Below, in pieces: positions 1 through 8,291 of a stretch of DNA of 22,138 nucleotides; positions within the stretch are counted from its first letter, which is position 1; each line of letters starts with the position of its first letter. The notes below the pieces were generated by a model. The model was not told where the DNA came from, did no database searches, and worked only from the letters and a program-made list of their open reading frames with translations. The DNA is taken from NCBI GenBank assembly GCA_029858305.1, contig JAOUFI010000034.1, forward strand, positions 1 to 22,138. The letters run 5' to 3'. This stretch comes from Candidatus Thorarchaeota archaeon. GTDB taxonomy: Archaea > Asgardarchaeota > Thorarchaeia > Thorarchaeales > Thorarchaeaceae. The translations under genes were made by a program, and so were the position numbers.

Positions 1-447
1 ATTCAATGTAAAGTAAGCAACCGGAGAAACATCATAAAGAGATGCGAATCGATTTTCTAACTCTGTCACTGCAGCCTCCAATGCAATTTGCTTTGATATG
101 TTCTTAATACTAGCAAGAGTGGCTGGCTTTCCCTTTAGAGTGACATGGGTGGGTTTAATCTCAACATGGAGAATACTACCTGTCTTTGAAGCGAGGCGTG
201 TAGTAAAAGGGGAAGGATATTCGCCAACGATAAAAGAGTCAATGATATCACTATCACGACGGCGAGAGAGTTTATCGACGATATCTTCGAAGGCGGTATC
301 AATAATTTCATCACTTTCATACTCTAACATGTCAGCAAATGCTGAATTAGCCATTACAACATCTTCATCTTGGATTACAATCATTCCCTCATTGACGACT
401 TCAAGAACTCTCTGAATCCATTCTGTGTCTTGTAACGAACTGGACAA
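1..447 (-). CDS. PAS-domain (S-box) signalling protein, N-terminal part; runs off the window edge
   Basis: Absent from the ORF track; translated by hand. TTG at 447, preceded by GAGGTG (454-459), opens MSSSLQDTEWIQRVLEVVNEGMIVIQDEDVVMANSAFADMLEYESDEII...HVEIKPTHVTLKGKPATLASIKNISKQIALEAAVTELENRFASLYDVSPVAYFTLN. This is one full PAS/PAC unit, a coiled linker and the start of a second PAS, open to base 1. Confidence 0.88.
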   Translation of the reverse strand, partial: MSSSLQDTEWIQRVLEVVNEGMIVIQDEDVVMANSAFADMLEYESDEIIDTAFEDIVDKLSRRRDSDIIDSFIVGEYPSPFTTRLASKTGSILHVEIKPTHVTLKGKPATLASIKNISKQIALEAAVTELENRFASLYDVSPVAYFTLN

Positions 448-620
448 TCTCAGCACCTCGCTCTCTGAAGAATGTGCAATACTATTGATAAAGAAATGTT
501 GCGAGTCATCAGTGCTCATAAATGCTAAAAAAACACATCAAGAATCCGTATCCAGACTTCCAAAAACACGTATGTGAATTATCATCTTGCAGGCCTCAAT
601 TATTACAATAGGTGTAGAGC

Positions 621-1916
621 TTACCTTTTTGACTTGAAGAGCAGCTCGCTTCTTTGGTGAAATCCTGCGATTTTTCCATTCTGAATGTAACGAAGCAAAA
701 TTAGTAGAATAAAGCAACTAATCAGCATTCCAATACCAGCTGTAGCCCAAACAGCGCGGAGACTGTCAGTCAATTCCCAAATCATAGCTCCGAACAATTG
801 TCCAAACATACCCACAATACCCATCAATAGATCATATGTACCAAGCGCCCGACCTTTTGTTTCTTCGGATACAACGAGCACAATGATGCTTCGTTCTGCA
901 CCAATCCAGAAAACAAATGGTATTGCCCATACAAAATTGATTAGGTACATCATAATGGCACCGCTTCCAATACTGAACCACAAGAAAATGATAGCATTTC
1001 CAAAAACACCCACAATTAATGATCCTTTGAGATTACGATCAGTCAGAGTGCTTGCAGGATACATTATGAAAGCACTTGTCAAGGAGAAAAGACTCCATGT
1101 TAGACCATATGTTATTGCATCAACGTTCCACGGTCCAACACAAAGATTGCCAAGATATTGGATTGATAAACTCCAAGAAAAGGAGAATCCAATCATACCC
1201 AAAGCAAGAAGCCAATAGTCACGACCAAGTTGACGAATGGATATTTTCGGTCCAGAACGGGCCTTCTTACGAACATCAGTGCCTAGTGATTCCTTAATCA
1301 AAATTATAGCTGAAAGAAAAGTAGCCATGGAGATTATTGCAGCAAGACCGTGAAGATTACTTGACTGAAAGCCAGCATTAAGCAAAATAGATCCAAGAAA
1401 AGGACCAAGGGCGTCAAGAAACCATAATGGCATCATAACCATCATGAGTCTGCGTGCAGGATTATGGCCGTCATCAGAAGCAATCTCATCGGCTGGGATT
1501 GCTCGTGACATGAGACGAGCAGTACTCATTCCAAACCAAACCAAAGAATATTGAATTGCCACATATGGCCAAATGGGTATGATGGACATCGTAAGTAGCC
1601 CAAAAGTTACAGGAAGAAAGCCGAGAGCGATTGTCCATCTTCGTCCAATAAAATCAGCAATATAACCAGAGAATATACTTGCAATCAAGCCTGCGAATGT
1701 CGCTACAGAAAAGACGATTCCGATTTGCCAGGGTTGCATGAATCGTTCCAGGAAAATACTGAACTCCCATTTCCAGAGAGCTACAGAGAGCTGTGCTATC
1801 CCCATAACTGCAGCAAGTCTCCAGAGGTTATTACTTAGGCCAAGAAATCCAGTACGCTCTACAATAGGCTCGAAATCATTTTCCTCTCGTTCAGGTAGAC
1901 TGCTATCTTTAACCAT
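621..1916 (-). CDS. Major facilitator superfamily transporter
   Basis: About 12 hydrophobic segments and MFS motif A (GYIADFIGRR). Start moved from 2039 to the ATG at 1916 (MVKDSSLPE) because the extra 41 codons do not look protein-like. Confidence 0.88.
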   Translation of the reverse strand: MVKDSSLPEREENDFEPIVERTGFLGLSNNLWRLAAVMGIAQLSVALWKWEFSIFLERFMQPWQIGIVFSVATFAGLIASIFSGYIADFIGRRWTIALGFLPVTFGLLTMSIIPIWPYVAIQYSLVWFGMSTARLMSRAIPADEIASDDGHNPARRLMMVMMPLWFLDALGPFLGSILLNAGFQSSNLHGLAAIISMATFLSAIILIKESLGTDVRKKARSGPKISIRQLGRDYWLLALGMIGFSFSWSLSIQYLGNLCVGPWNVDAITYGLTWSLFSLTSAFIMYPASTLTDRNLKGSLIVGVFGNAIIFLWFSIGSGAIMMYLINFVWAIPFVFWIGAERSIIVLVVSEETKGRALGTYDLLMGIVGMFGQLFGAMIWELTDSLRAVWATAGIGMLISCFILLILLRYIQNGKIAGFHQRSELLFKSKR

Positions 1917-2073
1917 AGACCTATCACAGCTCGGAAAAAAACGAAGGCGGACTATCTTAAGATAGTGCCGATAATAGCTAAAACGGTTTGAATCATATAC
2001 ATGAAGGAATAGCAATAAACGATAGATATCATCAGACACTCAACAATCCAAGAAAGCTAATGGAAGGGCAATC

Positions 2074-2280
2074 TTGACTGAACCTGACATGCATGGCATT
2101 TTCTCTCGACTGACACAGATGAAATCTGCTGAAGTAATCGAACGATATGGATTCGATGACTTTCTAGCGATAGCTAGAGAGGTCCGTGAACGAGTGGGTA
2201 ATCATGTATGGTAGGAAGTAAGCTGGTAAATCATGGAATTCTATGGTTGCGATTATATGAGAACTCTTCAGATTCCGACG
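2074..2280 (+). pseudogene. Possible degraded small gene, or a 46-aa ORF (2074-2214), of unknown function
   Basis: TTG at 2074 after GGAAGG reads LTEPDMHGIFSRLTQMKSAEVIERYGFDDFLAIAREVRERVGNHVW*EVSW*IMEFYGCDYMRTLQIPT. Helical, protein-like sequence continues through stops at 2212-2214 and 2227-2229. End coordinate approximate. Confidence 0.35.
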
Positions 2281-2325
2281 ATAACCGCTATTTGGAAATT
2301 TCGACGAATACGACTGGATATTGAT

Positions 2326-2381
2326 GATAATAAAAGGAAAAGAAAAGATGCTACGGGCAATCTTATTGGTTGCCCGTGCAT
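2326..2381 (-). terminator. Hairpin plus U-rich tract terminating ssb
   Basis: Inverted repeat ATGC(T)ACGGGCAA...TTGCCCGTGCAT (2348-2381), followed on the minus strand by CTTTTCTTTTCCTTTTATT, about 40 nt after the ssb stop. Confidence 0.65.
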
Positions 2382-2419
2382 AGGTTTGTTAAATGGTGTT
2401 TATTTCTATCTTGAATGGA

Positions 2420-2989
2420 TTAGCGCCTTCGGCTTCCGCCATAGCCGCCGCTGCCGCCTCTACGGTCACGACCACCATAGCCGCCACCGCCACCGCCACC
2501 GCGTCTGTCTCCACCATAGCCGCCGCCGCCACCACCATAGCCGCCGCCGCCACCGCGTCTGTCTCCACCGTAGCCACCTCGGCCACCGCCATAGCTTCTG
2601 CGTGGGCGATCGTCTTCGTGCTCTTCAGCACTCATATCATTCTCAAGGTTGACTTCCTCAATAGCGGTCTCAGCTACTGCGAGCTCGCCATACTTGCCAA
2701 CATTAAGACGTAGATTACCTCTGAAAAGACCAGTGTAACCGTTCTTGAGTGTGTATGTGGTTCCAGGTGTAGCGTTGTCAATTGCATCGTCCCAGAGTGG
2801 TACTTGGACGCTTCCTGTCGAATCTGCTACTGTAACATCAGCAACCCTGTGGGTTTCTCCATCGTTTCTGGAAGTAACTTCGCGGACCTCGCCCGCTTCT
2901 ACTACCTTGAAAGTGATAGTAACATTCTTCATGCGTGGCTTCAACTCAGCCACTGTAGCCTCAATAGGCTCTCTTTCTTCGTAACTCAT
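2420..2989 (-). CDS. ssb: Single-stranded DNA-binding protein (single OB fold, crenarchaeal SSB/hSSB1-like) with Gly/Arg/Tyr-rich tail
   Basis: TVAELKPRMKNVTITFKVVE...HRVADVTVADSTGSVQVPLWD...TYTLKNGYTGLFRGNLRLNVGKYGEL matches the Sulfolobus-SSB/RPA OB pattern. Likely start is the ATG at 2989 (MSYEERE), not 3157. Confidence 0.9.
   Translation of the reverse strand: MSYEEREPIEATVAELKPRMKNVTITFKVVEAGEVREVTSRNDGETHRVADVTVADSTGSVQVPLWDDAIDNATPGTTYTLKNGYTGLFRGNLRLNVGKYGELAVAETAIEEVNLENDMSAEEHEDDRPRRSYGGGRGGYGGDRRGGGGGYGGGGGGYGGDRRGGGGGGGYGGRDRRGGSGGYGGSRRR
2432..2596 (-). repeat. GC-rich low-complexity coding repeat (GGYGG / GGDRRGGGG)
   Basis: Repeated GCCGCC/CCACCATAGCC units and two copies of CCACCGCGTCTGTCTCCACC, encoding the SSB tail. 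Confidence 0.85.
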
Positions 2990-3239
2990 TTTGGATCTCT
3001 CGCTAAAGCGATATGCAAGTAGTTCAAAACTGGCGTGTTCTTTTGGGGATGTACGATGCGTGAAAAAACCCTCGACAAATCCTATGTAAGAAAGCGCTCC
3101 TCGCTTGGTAGTACCTGCACGTTTTAGTAAATAACTTGTCCTTAAGAACTTGTGCACAGTGGCCCTCTAACATTTGTAAAGAAATCATTAATGATTGCTT
3201 CTAATTTAGAGGAAAGAGAACTAATCTTCGTTTTATTGG

Positions 3240-3842
3240 TTATTTGGAATTCAGTGAGGCTATATTGTAAGAGAGCAATCCAACATAGACTAGTGAGCCA
3301 AAAACCGTATACCATTCGATAAGTGGTCCACCCAGATAAATCTCTAGGGGGAGGCTTAAGAGGGTCATGATAATGCCATAGATGCCTATAGCTTTGATGA
3401 ATCGATTGTGTAATAATAGTGCAATGTTGATTAGAATCAATACAATGAAATTCAACAGGAAGAATGTTGATGATGCTATCAAGTGGGGACTCCCTTGATC
3501 TTCAGAGAACACTCCTATTAGAATCAATGCAAACGAAGCACAGACTCCAATGATTTTGCTTAAAATCAATAATCCTTTAGCGATTTTACTATCAGTGTCC
3601 CAACTTTGCAGCCCTACAAAAAAGAAGATGAGCGTGATGCCTGCTAGGATACAACCCAGATTGTAGAAATAGGCTCCAAGAGGACTATAGTTGAAGTTAC
3701 CAAGACGACTAAGATAATGTGACCATGGAGCAAAATCATCTGGATAAAGAGCCCAAGCAGAGAAAGTAAACGAGCAATAGAGAATAATAACAAGTAAACC
3801 AGCAACACTCGCTAGAGGATATTTCAGATTAATTATCTTCAG
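3240..3842 (-). CDS. DUF998-like membrane protein (about 200 aa), probably with a non-canonical CTG start
   Basis: The frame of ORF 3240-3569 stays open upstream: LKIINLKYPLASVAGLLVIILYCSFTFSAWALYPDDFAPWSHYLSRLGNFNYSPLGAYFYNLGCILAG... The LSxLG and IGVFSED...H motifs are typical of DUF998. GGAGGG lies 6 nt before CTG 3842-3840. Confidence 0.75.
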   Translation of the reverse strand: MKIINLKYPLASVAGLLVIILYCSFTFSAWALYPDDFAPWSHYLSRLGNFNYSPLGAYFYNLGCILAGITLIFFFVGLQSWDTDSKIAKGLLILSKIIGVCASFALILIGVFSEDQGSPHLIASSTFFLLNFIVLILINIALLLHNRFIKAIGIYGIIMTLLSLPLEIYLGGPLIEWYTVFGSLVYVGLLSYNIASLNSK

Positions 3843-3863
3843 ACAAATCCCTCCATCGTATTG

Positions 3864-6134
3864 TCACTCATTCTCAGTAGCTTCCAAAAGGCCTACTACA
3901 AATGCTGTTCGAATTTCCGATTTATTGATACTTGTTTCACGGATTGAGAAATGGCCTTTCAGCGACTCTGTTAATATCCTCGCAGCCATCAGACCCAAGG
4001 AATTGCTACTATAATTCTCAGTATCAGCATTGTACATTCTAAATCGCTCACCTTGTCGAATCCATTGGCCAGGCACCTCAATGATTGTTTCCCACCAATT
4101 TGCTCCAGAGTGAACATTGTGTACTATTTCAACAGTTATGCTTCTTTCTTCAAGCGAATATTCTAGCGCACTGTATAGAATATTCAAGAAGACATGATAG
4201 AGAAGCTCATTTGCCAAGACAAGCGCATCGTCCATATCAGGTTTGAACTCGATGGTCACATTTTCAGAGAGACCCTGCTGTGTGAATGCATCAAGAGAAC
4301 TTACTATAGTAGATACAAGATTTGTAGATTGAAGCTCAATACTTGTTAGCCGCTCTGTTTCACTCAGTAATCTCACATTATTGATTAATTGCTCTGCAAA
4401 GGAGATTACTCGAGAACCATCACGAGCAACCCTTGCCCGTTGAATGTCTTCAATATCGCCCGATCCAAGCAACTCAAGAGAGGTCAAAATCATCTGGTTA
4501 TAGTTGGTTATGTCATGCTTCAATAAATCTGCCATGAGATTGGCTTTTGCCCGTGATCCTTCTGATTCATATGTTTCCTGGATATATAGCCATGCCAGAA
4601 GTGGCGGACCTGCAAGCAGTCCTACAAATAATAGACTCTCCGACACCCACCACCCAGTGCTCCAATAGATGTAATAGCTCTTGAGTATATTTGGCAAAAT
4701 CCACATAGTTAGGAAAACGACTACAAATAGATCAACTGAGCTGTGACCTCTCGATTGATTTGCAAGAATAAAGATAAGGAATGCAAGGGCTAAAATGATA
4801 ATCAGATTCGAAACTAAAAGAATGGTAGGTCCAATAGCACTATTCTGAAGTTGTGGGTATGCATCCACAACAAATATGTTAACTAGTTCGCCAATTACAA
4901 CAAACGCAACTGTGATAGCATAAACAATTGTAAGTTTTGGTATTAGGAAAGATGGCTGTACGGGTTTTGGGGGTTTTATCGTCCACCGAATAGAAACAAG
5001 CAATAGAATGAGAGTGAGTAAGCTTCCCGCAATGAAGGAAATCAGAGGCTCATTGTATGTGGGATTTTCCACCAATACTACTTGCATTATTGATAGGGTT
5101 GACCAGAGACCAAAGAGAAGAATCAATGGATAATAGTTCCAACTGAGCTTTCGCCTGGAATGCAAGTATAATAGAACAGCCATCATACCAGCAAGAGAAG
5201 CAGCGCCAATGTGGATGATAGAGAATCCGAGGATATTCGAGGGATTTACCATATCATTCAAACCCATTGACTCTATGATAATTGTAGAGAGAAATGGTAT
5301 GTATGCCATTAGCAGAAGACCGAGTCCAAGTATGTATGCCGCTCGACGTCTGAATCCTACGCTGCGCAGGTAGGGGATACACAGAGAGAGGCTCAGGACA
5401 AGAAATGATGCTATTTGTAGGGATTCTGCGAGTACCCAATCAATTGTTGTGGATAGGAGGCTAAACATGAGTACAACAGAAGCGACAATGATCATGAGCA
5501 GAGAGCTGGCAAAATATCCTATGTCAATTGGTAGTGCTTTTAGCTTGATTCTTGGGCTTAGGTACAGTGTAGCAATGATGAAAGCTATTGATCCAAATCC
5601 AAGACTCCAACCCACTCCTGTCAATATACTCGATGGCAATAGGAAACTAATTGCGTACCACAAGAAAGAATACAATGCTGGGGGGATCAGTACAATCCCA
5701 AAAACTGTTATCCAAGAGTGTTTGTTTTGTTTTATTAGTTGAGGTCGTGAATAGCAGAGGATGCACGCAAAGAATAGAAAACCAATGAGCGTGAATTCGA
5801 ATAAATCCAGAACTGCATTTGCATTTGTATACTCAATGGATGACTGGTTAAGAATGAACAGATTTTTCGCTGCACTTCCTGTATGAATAATCATCATGAA
5901 GAAAAGTGCTGATGTCATCAAAACATGTGCACGCAAGGGTTTTCTGATGTATGCAAAGACAGCAACAGCAGTAGGTACTGAAACCCAATAAGCAAGTAAT
6001 GAATGAACACTTACTCGCGTGGCTGGATTGTATGATACAATTCCTCCAGGTCCCAGGAAGAAGACTGAAGCAATGATTGACAATGGAACAAGAACAGCAA
6101 TCTTTGTAATGGTGCGCCTTTTTCCCTGCAACAA
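3864..6134 (-). CDS. Multi-pass membrane sensor with histidine-kinase-like C-terminus (degenerate HATPase)
   Basis: About 14-15 hydrophobic segments, then H-box-like DLLKHDITNYNQ and HATPase-like VLANELLYHVFLNIL...SLGL...LKGHFSI. Confidence 0.8.
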   Translation of the reverse strand: MLQGKRRTITKIAVLVPLSIIASVFFLGPGGIVSYNPATRVSVHSLLAYWVSVPTAVAVFAYIRKPLRAHVLMTSALFFMMIIHTGSAAKNLFILNQSSIEYTNANAVLDLFEFTLIGFLFFACILCYSRPQLIKQNKHSWITVFGIVLIPPALYSFLWYAISFLLPSSILTGVGWSLGFGSIAFIIATLYLSPRIKLKALPIDIGYFASSLLMIIVASVVLMFSLLSTTIDWVLAESLQIASFLVLSLSLCIPYLRSVGFRRRAAYILGLGLLLMAYIPFLSTIIIESMGLNDMVNPSNILGFSIIHIGAASLAGMMAVLLYLHSRRKLSWNYYPLILLFGLWSTLSIMQVVLVENPTYNEPLISFIAGSLLTLILLLVSIRWTIKPPKPVQPSFLIPKLTIVYAITVAFVVIGELVNIFVVDAYPQLQNSAIGPTILLVSNLIIILALAFLIFILANQSRGHSSVDLFVVVFLTMWILPNILKSYYIYWSTGWWVSESLLFVGLLAGPPLLAWLYIQETYESEGSRAKANLMADLLKHDITNYNQMILTSLELLGSGDIEDIQRARVARDGSRVISFAEQLINNVRLLSETERLTSIELQSTNLVSTIVSSLDAFTQQGLSENVTIEFKPDMDDALVLANELLYHVFLNILYSALEYSLEERSITVEIVHNVHSGANWWETIIEVPGQWIRQGERFRMYNADTENYSSNSLGLMAARILTESLKGHFSIRETSINKSEIRTAFVVGLLEATENE

Positions 6135-6247
6135 TTCATGCCTCGTGTTTAGAATTATTCTAATATGCTAATGAAAAAGATATCTGGCTTGGCTTATTCA
6201 CTCTCTGATATAGGTTAAAGTTTCAATCTCTCATCTTAATGACTACC

Positions 6248-6663
6248 TCAGTCCGGATTCCATAACATTGTAATCTTTTGCACATTTCCAATCTGAGGTA
6301 CAAGTTTCTGTGCATGTTCCAAAGTCTTCTTAGCTTCATCACATCGCTTCTTCATCGTAAGGTAGATTCCAAGATTCACCCATTGCATCACATCATCAGC
6401 TCCAAATTTAATCGCGTTCCGTAGTAGTGCTTCTGCGTCATATTTCGACCCATCTCAATTAGAAGCACACCTAGATCTGACCAATAACGATAATGGTCAG
6501 GACTGCACTCTACGATTTTCCTATAGGCAGCCTCAGCATCCTGCATACGCCTTTATCGATCATAGAAACCAGCCAGTTGGTACCATGTATTGGTATAATC
6601 TGGTTTGAGCGGGATAGCCTGCTGCATTGCATATTCTCCCTCTTTCATTCTCTTGGGCCACAC
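6248..6663 (-). pseudogene. TPR-repeat protein pseudogene
   Basis: Hand translation: KRMKEGEYAMQQAIPLKPDYTNTWYQLAGFYDR*RRMQDAEAAYRKIVECSPDHYRYWSDLGVLLIEMGR / frameshift near 6443 / YDAEALLRNAIKFGADDVMQWVNLGIYLTMKKRCDEAKKTLEHAQKLVPQ...NPD*. Three 34-aa TPR-consensus units with an internal TAA at 6553-6555. Confidence 0.78.
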
Positions 6664-6710
6664 ACATTCTCACTCATCAGATGAAAAACACTCTTTGCGC
6701 TCTAAGCACC

Positions 6711-6720
6711 TTCTATATAC
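6711..6720 (+). promoter_or_regulatory. Putative TATA box of a leaderless nitroreductase transcript
   Basis: TTCTATATAC about 25-30 nt upstream of ATG 6743, with no Shine-Dalgarno motif in between. Confidence 0.45.
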
Positions 6721-6742
6721 TAGTTACACATCCCTAAAACCC

Positions 6743-7255
6743 ATGGAAACTCTTGAAGCGATAAATACACGTAGGAGTATTAGAAAATTCATCCTGAAAG
6801 AGATACCAGACGATGCAGTGACAAAAATACTGCATGCTGGAATGTGCGCACCTACTTCGGGAAATCAACGACCCTGGCAATTCATCGTCATCAGAGACCG
6901 GGTAATGATTGACCAATTCATTGAAGCTTATCCGTACTCAAAGAAAATGCTACCTGATGTACCAGTTACCATCATGGTATGCTTTGATAGAAATCTCGAG
7001 AAATATGAGAAGCGGTGGCAGATAGACTGCGCGAATGCTACATTATGCATGTTACTTGCCACCCATAGCCTCGGCTATGGTGGACTATGGTTAGAGATTT
7101 ATCCAATAGAGGAACGAATTAATAAAATTCAGGATTCTTTCGGTATTCCTAAATCTGTAGTTCCATTCGCACTAGTCACCATAGGGCATGCGGCAGAGGA
7201 AAAACCACCAATAGAACGATTTGATCAATCAATTATTCATTACGACAAGTGGTGA
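6743..7255 (+). CDS. Nitroreductase family flavoprotein
   Basis: METLEAINTRRSIRKF, APTSGNQRPWQFIVI, LATHSLGYGGLW and VTIGH are classic FMN nitroreductase motifs. Start set at ATG 6743. Confidence 0.93.
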   Translation: METLEAINTRRSIRKFILKEIPDDAVTKILHAGMCAPTSGNQRPWQFIVIRDRVMIDQFIEAYPYSKKMLPDVPVTIMVCFDRNLEKYEKRWQIDCANATLCMLLATHSLGYGGLWLEIYPIEERINKIQDSFGIPKSVVPFALVTIGHAAEEKPPIERFDQSIIHYDKW

Positions 7256-7303
7256 CATCCTGGTTCTACCCTAAGAAGATGCAGAACTTGTGAATGCATC
7301 AGG

Positions 7304-8137
7304 TCAATCGAAATGCTCCTCCAGCCAGACACCCAGAGGATCCCAGCTACCAGGTTGAAACTCTGCATGCTTTCCCCCCTCAACAACGTAGAACCGCTTG
7401 ACCTCTGACGGGACTTCCTCAAAGAGCATCTTGCAGTCCTCAACAGAGAAGAGCTCATCACAATCTCCAACACCAACGAATACTGGGATTTGCATGTCCT
7501 TTGGAAATTCCATTTGCCTGAGTGCTAGTATTCTCATAAAACGGAGAGTGTAGCGAAAATTGAATATTGGATCATCAAGACCAACTTGCCCCTCTCGTTC
7601 ATACTTGATGACTGGTTTGCTTGGATTGATAAGAGAACTCAGAAGGATTTTCATCTTTTGACCAAAGGGAATATTCTGAGCATCATTTGATTTGAGAGTT
7701 CTTGCTCCACTTAGAAGCACTACACCAGCTACTTTGTCTAGACAGTTGTTCAGAGCAATTATACTTGATAACACTCCAAGACTATGACCAAGTATAATCA
7801 CATTCTGATGACGTTCCTTTACAAATGAAACAGCTTCACAAAGATCCTTGACAAGCCGTTCTCTGCTCGGATAGTCGCCTCTTATTCCATCCGAGAGCCC
7901 GTGTCCTCTAAGGTCTAACCCGTAGACTGTGTACCCACGCTTTAAGAGAGGATTGACCAGCAGCTCATATGGTCCAGCATAGGCAGTAATTCCATGAAAC
8001 AGAAGGATAGCCGAGTTTTTACGAGGTTGATCATGAGGTTGCCAGAGCCAGACGAACAGAATCTTGTTGTCTGTGGTTTCCAACAAGCAATGAGGCGCTT
8101 CAAACTTTGACCTGAGTTCAACAACATCAATCGCCAT
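7304..8137 (-). CDS. Alpha/beta hydrolase (lysophospholipase/monoacylglyceride lipase-like)
   Basis: FHG oxyanion motif, DLRGHGLSDG, nucleophile elbow GHSLG, catalytic Asp (GDCDEL) and His (GGKH). Confidence 0.92.
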   Translation of the reverse strand: MAIDVVELRSKFEAPHCLLETTDNKILFVWLWQPHDQPRKNSAILLFHGITAYAGPYELLVNPLLKRGYTVYGLDLRGHGLSDGIRGDYPSRERLVKDLCEAVSFVKERHQNVIILGHSLGVLSSIIALNNCLDKVAGVVLLSGARTLKSNDAQNIPFGQKMKILLSSLINPSKPVIKYEREGQVGLDDPIFNFRYTLRFMRILALRQMEFPKDMQIPVFVGVGDCDELFSVEDCKMLFEEVPSEVKRFYVVEGGKHAEFQPGSWDPLGVWLEEHFD

Positions 8138-8230
8138 ATCTTTTCATTTCCTCAGTGATTCATGCTCTTTAAGAATAGCTCGAAAGTTAGTTTAGCAAAC
8201 ATAGAAATGCACATTCTCATATAATTGACT

Positions 8231-8272
8231 GTTTGAAAAAACATATTCAAACTCAGTTTGAAGTGTTCAAAC
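8231..8272. promoter_or_regulatory. Putative operator: four alternating GTTTGAA/TTCAAAC heptamers in a divergent intergenic region
   Basis: GTTTGAA 8231-8237, TTCAAAC 8246-8252, GTTTGAA 8256-8262, TTCAAAC 8266-8272, all perfect copies. The function is inferred. Confidence 0.6.
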
Positions 8273-8291
8273 CGAATTAGGAAGAGAGAGT

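Noticed and set aside
98-415. Plus-strand 105-aa ORF and minus-strand 61-aa ORF
   Set aside because: Shadows of the PAS-domain frame at 1-447.
1917-2039. N-terminal extension of the MFS ORF
   Set aside because: Promoter-like composition and no similarity to MFS; ATG 1916 is more plausible.
2233-2713. Ala/Thr-rich and His/Arg-rich ORFs (2233-2652, 2389-2631, 2393-2713)
   Set aside because: Shadow frames of the GC-rich SSB tail repeat.
3840-3866. The pseudokinase and DUF998-like gene are in the same frame separated by one TGA, suggesting selenocysteine or read-through fusion
   Set aside because: The downstream gene has its own RBS, the TGA is not in a redox-motif context, no SECIS-like element was seen, and same-frame adjacency has a 1-in-3 chance.
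6605-6742. N-terminal extension of the nitroreductase ORF
   Set aside because: It overlaps the TPR pseudogene and the TATA box; the family normally begins at METLEAI.
8231-8272. Heptamer array as a mini-CRISPR or IS end
   Set aside because: Units are only 7 nt, alternate in orientation and have no spacers; no cas or transposase gene is in the window.
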